The notes: generated from the letters alone by a model not told the origin. Numbered from the stretch's first letter, positions 15,632 to 25,699 are shown. The stretch is 34,306 bases of DNA from a bacterium (GCA_965233585.1 CBDDTI010000073.1:1-34306); one strand, 5' to 3'. A program made the numbers and translations.

Positions 15632-15800
15632 AGGAAACTATTTCTTAAATCCTGGAAACTATTTTCTGCATCTTGGAAACTATTTTTTAAATCCCCGATT
15701 TTTTCTTAAATCCTGGAAACTATTTCTTACATCCTAGAAAATATTTTTTAAACCATACAAAACTATTTCTTTACCTGGGCCCCAAACCCAGAAACCATTT
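15632..15800 (+). repeat. 21-bp tandem array (GGAAACTATTTCTTAAATCCT) preceded by a G-rich tract at 15551-15600
   Basis: Visible units with the same GAAACTATTT core as the flanking arrays. Confidence 0.75.
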
Positions 15801-16299
15801 ACAAAACAAGGATTGCTTTTACCAAACCCAACCATTGGACAAGGATAGCAGTCAATCACTTGAAGTCCAGAGATTGCCCCAGACAAGTGAGCCATGCTCT
15901 CACCGAGAGAAAGGGGCTGCCAGGCTGTTGGCGCAGGCATTCTTCATTTTGTTTCGTTCTATGTTCGTTTGTTCCTTGACTCCTCATTTCAGAATCAGTC
16001 ACTGTTTCGTTCTTATTTATCAGTCTGTACAGAGTTTCAATATATCATAATGTGTCTTGATTTGTCAATCTAAGTTTTGTTCATCTTTAATTATTGGCGT
16101 ATTGTCTTGTTTGATGATTTAAGGCAGAGCAAGGGTATCACAGAAACCGTTTCACGCTACTTGCTAGGGAATAGTCCGAAACCGTTTCAAACTGTTTTTA
16201 ACCAATCCCTAGAAGGCCTAACTTGCATTACTTCTTTAGGTTTTAATTATATATAATTTATTGGATATTTTTCACAAATTGCATAGATTTAGATTTATT

Positions 16300-16525
16300 T
16301 TGGAATTAGTTTCTGTAAATTGGGATCGTTTAAAAAATAGTTTCTGCAAATTGGGTTGGTTTAAGAAATAGTTTCCGTAAATTGGGTTTGTGTAAGAAAT
16401 GGTTTCAAATAGTTTCCCAGCTTAGGGTTGGTTTAGGAAATAGTTTCTGTAAATTGTGGGTTTTTTTTTTTAGAAATAGCTTCTGGTTTCCACAAAAAGA
16501 GGCCAAGGCACTCCCCAAATCATGC
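16300..16525 (-). repeat. Conserved head plus roughly 30-bp tandem array with the GAAACTATTT core, inverted relative to 14628-14995
   Basis: The minus strand reads ATGATTTGGGGAGTGCCTTGGCCTCTTT, then units such as AGAAACTATTTCTTAAACCAACCCAATTTAC. Confidence 0.7.
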
Positions 16526-16621
16526 TGAGATTTTCAAGATGCAATGAGTTGTCCAAGAACCTGCATTTTTCAGGAAATTGGCATTAATTAATTAATCTCA
16601 GTATTAATTAACTTATTTTTT

Positions 16622-19600
16622 TCAAGCACTTATTGAATAATGTCCGTATGGCACGCTGTCAGTATCGTTCAACCAATACCTTTTATTATCACAACTGCTC
16701 AGTCCTACTTTGTTTGCTGTGTCAGGAGGTTTTTGCTTTTGATGGCTTTGAAATTTACATTCTTGGGTATGTGCTCGTGTAAGGTGGTTTCATAGTTTTT
16801 CATATCTAAGTTTTGTTACCTTTTAGTTTTGGAATTCCCTTTGTTTTCTTTTCTGCTTCCTTTTCCTTGAAATTTTTTCGACAATACATTTTCAGGCCTC
16901 AACGTTATGAATTTAGTTGTGATTTAACCGCCCATTTCGTTCTTAAATTTACACTGATTGTTTTTATTATAGCCGCTAAAATCCACATACTCATTAATTT
17001 CCTTTCAGTTTTCTCAAATGTTTTCCGTAAATGTTTGTATAACATATTTGTCCGGTGATCCTGATGTCGTCCTTACATTTTTTCTTAAAACATCATAGTG
17101 GACACTACACATATGCACATTTGAAGGGTTTAGTAGTGACATACGTAAAAAAAAAAAAATGGTTTGTTGAGTTTCAATTTCGTTTTTTTTTTCCCCACCT
17201 GCCAGGTGAGGGTAGTTAGATTTTATCAGAGCTGTTGTCCTCCGCCTCCTCCTCCGCCGTCTCCTCCTCCAGTTTCTCCTCGACCATGTCTGCATCAACT
17301 TCCACCTCCACTTCCGCCTTGCCAACTCTTCGCCAAGCTCTTCGCCAACTTCCCAGCTCAGTGCGCACTGCTGGACCTCAACCTGGGACCTTCCCAGCTC
17401 AGTGCGCACCGTTGGACCTCAACCTGGGACCTTCCCAGCTCAGTGCGCACCGCTGGACCTCAACCTGGGGCCTTCCCAGCTCAGTGCGCACCGCTGGACC
17501 TCAACCTGGGACCTTCCTAGCTCAGTGCACACCGCTGGACCTCAACCTGGGACCTGCTGAGCTCAGTGCGCACCGCTGGACCTCAACGGCCAGATAGAAT
17601 GCCAGAAGATATGCCAGATAGAACGCCCGATAGAATGTCAGAAAGAATGCCAGAAGATATGCCAGATAAAGTGCCAGAATGTTTGTCAGATAGATGGCCA
17701 GAAGATATGCCAGATAGAATGCCAGAAGGTATGCCAGATAGAATGCCAGAAGGTATGCCAGATAAAGTGCCAGAATGTTTGCCAGAACATATGCCAGAAG
17801 ATTTGTCGGAGAGAATGCCAGATAGAATGCCAGAAGATATGCCAGAAAATATGCCAGATAGAGTGCCAGAAGATACGGCAGAACATATTGCAGAAGATAT
17901 GCCAGGTAGAATGCCAGAAAATATGCCAGGTAGAATGCCAGAAGATATGCCAGATAGAATGCCAGAAAATCCGCCAGATAAAATGCCAGAAAATATGACA
18001 GATAGAATGCCAGAAGATTTGCCAGTAACAAAACGTATAGATGTCATGGTGGGGATAACTCGAAGTAAAGTAATAGTTTTTCAACTCCTGACAGTTCTTC
18101 GTTGATGATATGACATCCCGTGTAATTAGAATTGTTAATGCATTTTGGTATTTTATTTTGTGTTGCTAATAATCCAAAATCAATGTGGTTGCTGACGTTC
18201 TCGTTCGTTTTACCATAGCATTTTTCATCAGTTTCAACATATCTCTGTTTAAATTTGGCCCCTTTATGGACTTTTGTTAGTGTCATGTCTTTCGTTAAAT
18301 AAAACTGTAGAATTTGATGTGAACCACATCATTTGTTTTGAATTGTTGGTTTAATATGAGTTTTGGTTGCTTCTTGTCCCTTGTTTCTTTTCCAATCATT
18401 ATTATAATGTATGTATAAATCCCTCTGGTGTTTTGATACAATGTTTTTGTTCAACCTTCATGTTTTTTGGAACTAACGGATAATCTGACTGTTCGTCGTG
18501 TATCTCCTTTTTGGGTATTCAAATTCAATTTCAAATATGTATGCGTTGTCATCGTTTTCGTTCCAGTCCATTATTTTTTTTCTGTTAACCTGTTTTTTTA
18601 TCCACTTCAATTTTCGTATTGGTAGTTTCATTGACATCGCCAGTCCGTAAAGTTTATTCGCGTCCAAGTAGTTGATATAATTAGACCGTTTGCTTTCATC
18701 ATAGTCGTCCATCATCGCCTCCGCTTCCTTATGACTGACCTGACACATCCCACCCCTGAAACCCTTCTCTATCATCTCATACATGTTTTTATCACTTAAG
18801 GGGCCTATTTCAATCCCAGTTTTCAACAACATAGCGTCCCAAGCAAAGTTAGGCAATGTAAAGTAATGCGCGGGTTCTAAACCGTAGTATTCCAAACATA
18901 AGCCTCCAAAATTTTCAGAAGCATCAGTGAGCAACAAAACACCGGTTCTCAAATACAAATCGTGATACTGTCCGAGGTTTCTTTTCCCGAAGTGCTTCCA
19001 TATTTTAAGTGTTTTTTCATACTCATCATCTTCAATATGATGTTCGGTGAGATTGCTGTAAAAGGGTTCTTTCGGTGATACAGTGCAGTTGTTTTCCCCT
19101 GAATTTATCAAAGGCACCTTCATCAGTCAGTAAATCTAAATTCTCGCCATTACTCGCATATGGTTTTTTCTGACTAAACTTGATTTTTCCCAGTTTTCCT
19201 TTATGTTTCCTTTTTCACATTTACTCAATTCAACCCGTTTGTCCGAAGAAAATGATAAGAAAGAAAAACCGTCCTTGAAACAAAAATGTTTAAAAGCAAA
19301 GGTGATATTTTTTTCGTCGTTCAACGCTATTACATCATTTCTATTTCATTTCTACCGTTCTGCGATACTTCATTCGCCCTCTCAATGATTAAATGACCGT
19401 CTTAGTTTTGTAGATTATGAGGGAAGACTGGGTCTTTGTAATAGCGCATTGAAAATTGTAAATTACAATCGTCGTGGGCGCACCCCCTGTATTCACATGT
19501 AAAGTGGCAGTGGTCGCGAACGTTGTTGTCGCCTTTTTGAAACTCATTACCACATATAAAGCATGTAGTGACGGTTTTAAAGCCTCTCCAGTCATCAGCC

Positions 19601-21139
19601 CTGATAATGATTTCTTTATTTTTTCATTTTGTTCATAATCTTATAGTTTTTTACTTCAACCGTTTTTTTGGACGAATACATCCATACAATATTCGCCACT
19701 GTATAGGAAAGGCTCATTGGAATTATCAATGGAATTATCAACATGAATCATAAAACTGCAGGGTCTGTGATGTTGGTAGCGGTCGGTTTTAAGTTCTTTC
19801 GTGCTGACCGTTCCTGGTTTGGTTGTTAAGCATGCAAAGTCAGCATATATCACCAATGGAGGTTTTAACTTTTTGTAACCGTTCTTGAAAACCATAATTT
19901 GTGTTTTCTTTTGGCATTTTTATCTGTTGCCCTTCCACTGCCATACATCCCGAAACTTTTCGGTGTGTTGGTTTAAAAGTTGTTGTGATTGAAAGCCACG
20001 ACTGCAATGAAAGCAATGATACTTCTTTATTTTTTTGGTTTGGTTTCCCATCAACTTGTCATAATTTTTGATAAACACACCATGGTAGTCGTCTCCGTGA
20101 AACTTGAAGGCTTACTTGATGAGTTGTTTTTAGTGTTTTAGTTTTTCCACATAATAGGATTGACTGTTTATTTTCTTCGGGGTTCGGAAAATAAACATTA
20201 ATTTAATTGCAATTTTGCCTTCGTTGTTTTTTTCAAAGGTGTCTATATCAACATTGGGTGTTAGAACATTTACATTGTTCCAGTTAAGTTCATCATTCAA
20301 TTTTTTATAGTTATATAATCTGTTTGGATTGTCTTTCATAGTCTTTGCATATACCACATTGGACGGAATACTTGAAACATTGGTTGTCTTCGTTTTGAAT
20401 TTTGATACACGCCTTTTTGTCTGAAACCAATTTGGTAATGGAATGAATTTGCCCCCACGAGTTGGACTGAATTTGTCCATGTTGAATTGCAATGTATCAA
20501 TTTGGGTTATTACTAAACCGCTCTTTGATAATTCCATCTTACCCATTTGAAATTCAATATCTGTTGCTATTTGGGTTGAAACATTTGTGATTTCTTCTTC
20601 GTTGGTTATTTCGTATCTCCTGTTTTTTACTGTGTGTCTTACCTCTTCGTTGGTCTTGATGCTTTTGAAGGTGTTGAAGGTTTTTAAACATTACTTTCAT
20701 ACCCTTGTTCTGTCGTCGTAGATACTCTTTCATTTTGAAGTCTTGATGTTTAAGATATTGTAATGCCTTGATGCCTCTGACCCTGATGTTGCTGATGGCA
20801 TTAGAAGTTGTGTAGTTCTTGAAGGCAGATTGTTCGTCTGTAACGGTTGTTTTGTAGCGTTTTTGTATTCCTGTAAGTGTTTTTTGTTCTTGTCTAAATT
20901 TACCAATCTAAGACCTTTCTGTTCTTTCAGTTCGTATTTCTTGTGTTCAATGGTTTGTTTCACTTTGTTGAATTTGTTTGCAAGTCTCTGTGTGATGGGT
21001 TTGTTCCTATCAAAATTGTAGGTCTTGTCTCCTACCTTCAGCTTCTTGAATTTTCTTCCATTCTGTTTAACGATTTCCCCCTCTTTGGAGGTTGACAGAC
21101 AATCTACAGTAAAACAATCTTCTGTGAGCCTTCCATCAT
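16622..21139 (-). pseudogene. Protein-primed family B DNA polymerase (Polinton/Maverick type), full length but heavily frameshifted and interrupted by the 17191-18073 insertion
   Basis: Collinear motifs: GGKFIPLPNW..CIKIQNEDNQCFKYS; YHCFHC; ExoI PPLVIYADFA; CFIC..VRDHCHFTCEYRGCAHDDCNL; ExoII HNLQNYDGH; ExoIII LGQYHDLYLRTGVLLLTD; PAHYFTLPNFAWDAML; GFRGG; motif A YLDANKLYGLAMSMKLP; YGKTNEN. After the insertion: KLNKP..MS..HYDVL, KFKNEMGG, and C-terminal KVGLSSCDNKRYWLNDTDSVPYGHY ending at TGA 16622-16624. Motif C (YxDTDS) is not recognisable. Confidence 0.92.
17191..18073 (+). mobile_element. Non-autonomous Helitron2/Helentron-like element, copy 3 (different subfamily) inserted in pPolB
   Basis: Same termini (3' GTCATGGTGGGGATAACTCGAAGTAAAGTAA); a 41-bp array TTCCCAGCTCAGTGCGCACCGCTGGACCTCAACCTGGGACC plus the 12-bp array. 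Removal rejoins pPolB GVEKL|KTKLKLNKP at a T run with no distinct target duplication. Confidence 0.8.
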
Positions 21140-21437
21140 ATTATAGCCTATATGATTATACGTATTATTATTAGTTGGTGCTTTTTTAAGTAGATTTAGT
21201 GATGGATTTTGGGGTTGAGGATGTTGAGACTGAAGTCGTTGTTGATTGGGTTGAGTTTCAGCATTCATTCTACTCTTTCACCTTGTATCCCCTGCCATAT
21301 ACTCCCCAATATATAATGTAATATTTTTTAAGTTGTTTTTGGGGTTTTGGTTTGCTGGTGGATTTTTTTGTGATTGGGGTTGGAGTTCAACCCATAAACA
21401 TTTTTGATAAAATTTATCACGATTTTTTCCGATTTGT

Positions 21438-21765
21438 TCAGCAATTGTCTTTCTGGTTCATGCACCTGTTCGTTTGGCGATGCTTTGATAGGTTGGATTT
21501 GCTTGATATTGTCCGTCCGCAGTTGGGGCAGATGTAAGGGGTTTTGAGTTTTTTTGATAATGGTTTCTAAAGTAGTTGGGGTCTAAGGGTTTCTTGTTAT
21601 ATGTTCCGTCGGGTTGCCTGCCTGTGGATTTTGTGTGGGTTGGTGAGTTGTGGATGTTGTCGGATTGGCGCAGTGTTTCCACCAATTGGTTGAAAAGGTC
21701 TTCGTCTATTTCTTGCCTAAGTCCGTCTATAAACATGTAGCAGGCCACACTTTCTCTTAATTCTA
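21438..21765 (-). pseudogene. Small zinc-finger protein gene (C-x2-C-x12-H-x5-C), frameshifted, 5' end cut by a repeat
   Basis: ...GRQPDGTYNKKPLDPNYFRNHYQK [frameshift in an A run near 21550] LKTPYICPNCGRTISSKSNLSKHRQTNRCMNQKDNC*; co-oriented with and upstream of pPolB. Confidence 0.7.
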
Positions 21766-21960
21766 GAAGATATGCCAGATAGAATGTCAGAAGATATGCC
21801 AGTCATATAGAATGTCAAAAGATATGCCAGCCGTCGTCGTTGTCGTCGTCGCTTGAACCAAAACGGCTATATAGTATTTTTATATTAGGGCAAATGGCAC
21901 GGTAATAAGTCTGCCTTTGTCAAACCCCCCTCGCTCCTCTTTTACCGTGCCACCCCCTTT
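21765..21960 (+). repeat. Short 12-bp ATGCCAGA-type array remnant, (GTC)n and an 11-bp inverted repeat; probable end of another interspersed element
   Basis: AGAAGATATGCCAGATAGAATGTC units at 21765-21830; TGGCACGGTAA (21895-21905) and TTACCGTGCCA (21942-21952). Confidence 0.55.
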
Positions 21961-22110
21961 TATCTGATGTAAAATTTGTATATAATTTATGTATCACGTA
22001 TGTATATATATATATATTTGTTTATTTATGGATGGATGGATGGATTGGTGGAATGACGCGTGGATGAAAGGATAAGTCATGAACCTGCATCAAACATATA
22101 TATATATATA

Positions 22111-22682
22111 ATGTCAAGTTAGGATTAATAATCCCCGCGGTATTAATCAACCCCCTCTGCCCAATTTTTTTGGTAATTTAAAAAAAGGTGGTCCCCCAGG
22201 ATTAATAAACCCCCCGATTAAAAAAACACCAGTGCTGAAATAATTTTTTTATCCAACAATTTTTATTTCCAATTCTATTTATTTCCAATTTGTTTTTACC
22301 TTTTTTTAAATCATCATCGTTATACTTAAGGTTTAAGTTGATCATTGAAAAATTCAAAAAATGACTATTCCCCAAATGATCGATTTCTAATTAAAATCTT
22401 TATAAAAATCATCAGTTTGGATAGCTCCCAAAGGGTACCCCCCATGAGCCCATGTCCCCCACTAATAATAACCATGGTTTGCCCCTGATTAATCAACCAC
22501 CTTTCTGATCCATGAGATTTTAACAAATCCAATAGAATTCTATTAAGATCTAATTGACGTAAGCCATATCCAAATTTTTATGGTTCAGAGTTGCTTATAT
22601 TATTAAGGGGTGGTCGAGAAACTAGCCAGAAGGTACCCCCCTACCTACCAGGGGCGGGGGTTGATTAGTCCGATGTTGGCAT
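22111..22682. mobile_element. MITE of about 570 bp inserted in (TA)n
   Basis: Left ATGTCAAGTTAGGATTAATAATCCCCGC versus reverse-complemented right ATGCCAACATCGGACTAATCAACCCCCGC; TA on both sides; internal repeats of ATTAATNAACCCCC at about 22142, 22201 and 22488. Confidence 0.7.
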
Positions 22683-23345
22683 TATATATATGTATATTTT
22701 TTTAAAAAATTAGACATAGATATAATTTAAAAAAATAAGCATATGTATATATATATATACATTACATTCCTAAAAAGGTTCCAGATTGTTGCACGCTATG
22801 GTTAAAGAGGTTGCCAAACGTCAGTCTCTGAAGACTGCTGGACAAGGTCAAAGCTTCAACGCTTTGAGGTTGATGTTTCTTATCAAAAAATGAGGTTATA
22901 ACTCAAAATGAGGGGAATTGAAGTTTATGCCTGATGTTTTTTCCTGCCCATCTCCTGAAAGAGCTTCGCGTTGGTGTCTTTTAAAACCTGTCGCAAGAGA
23001 GCGAGCTGGTGATTGTCAAAGGAATCACAGTGAAAGATCTGAAAGACTGTCGCTCAAAAACTGTTTTTTTTCACCTATTCGGCGAACTGATGTTTTTGAA
23101 GTGTGAAACCATAGACATTACCCTATCCATATTTGGTCTCCCGATACTCCTACATGGGGATGCTCAGTCCCGAAACTGGGGATTGGGAATGGTCAATCCC
23201 AAAAACTGGGGATGGTCAATATTGAAACTGAGCATTGTGGATTTCTTAATTTGATTTTGAGGATTGGCAAGGTTTATCAGAACAACCCCTTTGGACACAT
23301 CCAACTCTGCCACAATTTGGCCAAGGTACTAAACAACTACCTCAA

Positions 23346-23975
23346 TTACATAATAGCACGTCGTGCTTCCTGTCCATTTGAACTTTCAGCATCTTCACTC
23401 TCAATTGACCGACGAAGTCTTGCCCGATACTGTCCAAGCGAGCGAAGTTCTTCAGCAAAATCATCATTGTTGAAGGTGAAGGACGATGTATCACTAGTGT
23501 TGTGATACTGTTTTCCATACCCCAAGGCAACGGTCTCAAGAAGTTCCTTCTTCGCCAAGTTGAGATGAGAGATTGCTGTGTGAATGTCCGCCATCTCTTT
23601 GAACATCACGTATGCCATTTGGATGATGCGGTCTTCGGTGTATCCACCCGAACGACGTTTGAAGATGGAAGAGAGAAACTGAGTTGGTCATCATTCATTG
23701 TCTCCAAAATGTCCTTGAAAGAGATCTTACCCGAAGTAATCTTCCGTTTGGCATCGCGGACTTTTTCAAGCATTGGGTCAATGAAGGTAGAAAGATTGGC
23801 AGGGCAAGGTCCAGTGGCATCCTCAAAATCGCTTTCATTGAAATGCCTCGACTTGATTTTGCTAATGGCGTTTTTCAAGATAGCATCCAACTTCTCATTC
23901 TCCTTCAGATATCCCTTGACGACACGCTTCACCTTGTCTCAACGGACGCTTGACGAGCGAAAGAGAATAACTTGA
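23346..23975 (-). pseudogene. Intronless uncharacterised helical protein gene, frameshifted
   Basis: Overlapping ORFs 23932-23606 and 23618-23346 join by a frameshift (GYTEDRIIQMAYVMFKEM...); protein-like composition; ends ARRAIM*. Confidence 0.55.
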
Positions 23976-24012
23976 TGCACAAAATGGTTTTTCCCAATTG
24001 ATACTTCAATCG

Positions 24013-24258
24013 GTGCATCTTCTGTGGAATGAACAACGCTCAACGTTGAAACTCAAAACGACTGACAACTCAGCGATGGGTTCTTTCTGCAAAATATCTG
24101 AACTGAATGACGGGCGCTTTTCCAGATAATGTTTCACTTAGTGCATCAACTGTGGAATGACAAACGCTCAATGTTGGAAATAAGAAAAGACTGACATCTC
24201 AGTAATGGATTTCTTCCTGCATCATGTCTGGGTCTGAACTGATTGAGTGACGCTTTTG
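24013..24258. repeat. Two diverged direct repeats of about 110-120 bp
   Basis: GTGCATC..CTGTGGAATGA..AACGCTCAA.GTTG...GACTGACA.CTCAG..ATGG...TCTGAACTGA at 24013-24121 and 24141-24258. Confidence 0.8.
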
Positions 24259-24377
24259 TTATGACCATCGGGCGACAGTGCAGTCTGTGAGATGCATCTC
24301 ACCAGCAATGTTCCAACGCAGGTGTCCAAGAACTCTGTTCAAACGACCGTGAAAAATTGTTGGAGATGAACATATGT

Positions 24378-25132
24378 CTATAGAGTTTTCTTTACCTTGG
24401 TGTCCTGCGTCCTTGCCGTAATATCTATGTTCAACCGTTGCTCAGTTTCCTCCAGAAATTCCAAGCGCGGCTCAGAAGTGTCCTCTTGCTCGGTGTTGCA
24501 ATCATCAAGGTTCTGAAGCTAGGTCGCATACTCATTGGCGGAGAAAGCATCAATCTGCTCGGTGTCCTTCATTTTCAACTCAGGCCCTTTCAAGGTAGGA
24601 CGGGCGTTGTCCTTCGTGAAAGTCTTTTGACAATGCCCTTCAAGAATTCATCCTTTGCCTTCTTGGAGGATTTCTGAAGTCCCTCCCAATCAGGATGAAG
24701 CATCCCAACCTCATTGCGCAACTCAGCGATAGTGGAAGTGCCAGTCATTTCCACAATCTCCACAACATCATCAGAACTCCGAAAGGAGGCCGTGATTTCA
24801 ACCATCTTGGAGCGCTCCGCCTTGATGTCAGCAGACTTCTTGGCATTGCGTTCCTTGGCACGTTCCTTTGCATTTGCCTCACTGACCTCCTTCTTCAACT
24901 TGATATGCAGAGCTTTCAAGGTTGCAAGTTTGGAGGCAGTCATAATCAATTCACCTTGGAGATTATCAACCACTGCCTTCACATCCGCAAAGGTCATCGT
25001 CTGGATAACATCAATGAAGTCCTTTCCCACCTCCACACGTTTGTAGTCAATCTTTGGAAACTTGTCCTTCTTATTCTTCTGGACAGTCGGTGCCGAAGTG
25101 GTAGATGAAGCAGGGGCAGAGTAACCAGACAT
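24378..25132 (-). pseudogene. Intronless coiled-coil protein with a possible ubiquitin-like domain and an acidic tail; frameshift and internal stop
   Basis: MSGYSAPASSTTS...KEVSEANAKERAKERNAKK...VEITASFRSSDDVVEIVEMTGTSTIAELRNEV... [frameshift near 24625] FTKDNARPTLKGPELKMKDTEQIDAF...; the strand-strand-helix pattern is reminiscent of a beta-grasp fold. Confidence 0.5.
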
Positions 25133-25699
25133 TGCTCGCACAAATCGCTTTGAAAATTAAGGCAAACAAGTAGTGCCAAGCGGTCTTGAAAAGAAAATCC
25201 ATGTGCATCAAGTGATATATTCATCTATCTTTCCATCTGAAGTCAAGTCTGAACAATCGTCTCACATACACCATTGAAGCCGGAAATGAGAAGCGCAACA
25301 ACCCGCCACATTGCACACTGGCACAGCACTGCTAAACAAGTCGGGTCGGGACTACCATCTTTTGGATGAACACGTTGTTCCCGTGGCATGGGGCGAACCG
25401 GTTGAAAAGGGTTGGAAATGAAGAATGATACAAGATGTGAGAAACGAAGAAGAGAAACCAAAAGAACAATACGAAAGTGATGATAGTAAAATTCATACAA
25501 CAGAAGAAAACAACCGCAACAAATCCTTTCCTCATTGAAACCAAATCATACCAAATCCATTGAACATGTTTGATAAATTGCCCCCCAGAACCCCCACACA
25601 CAAAAACATCAAAGACAGTGATAAAACATTTGCGCCCAACCTAAAAACGAAAGAACCAACATACTAACCTATACCCCCCAGGAGCCTCCGTTTGTCATT

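Larger units (their letters stand above)
18733..25047 (+). repeat. First copy of a near-identical segmental tandem duplication (period about 9.26 kb)
   Basis: Identity begins at GACTGACCTGACAC (18733 and 27995) and runs to the window end; the ORF track is repeated at an offset of 9257-9262. Confidence 0.97.

Noticed and set aside
16622..21139. A functional polymerase with programmed frameshifts or an alternative genetic code
   Set aside because: Lesions are numerous and irregular, catalytic residues are altered (ExoI DFA, ExoIII D to G, motif C lost) and a mobile element interrupts the gene.
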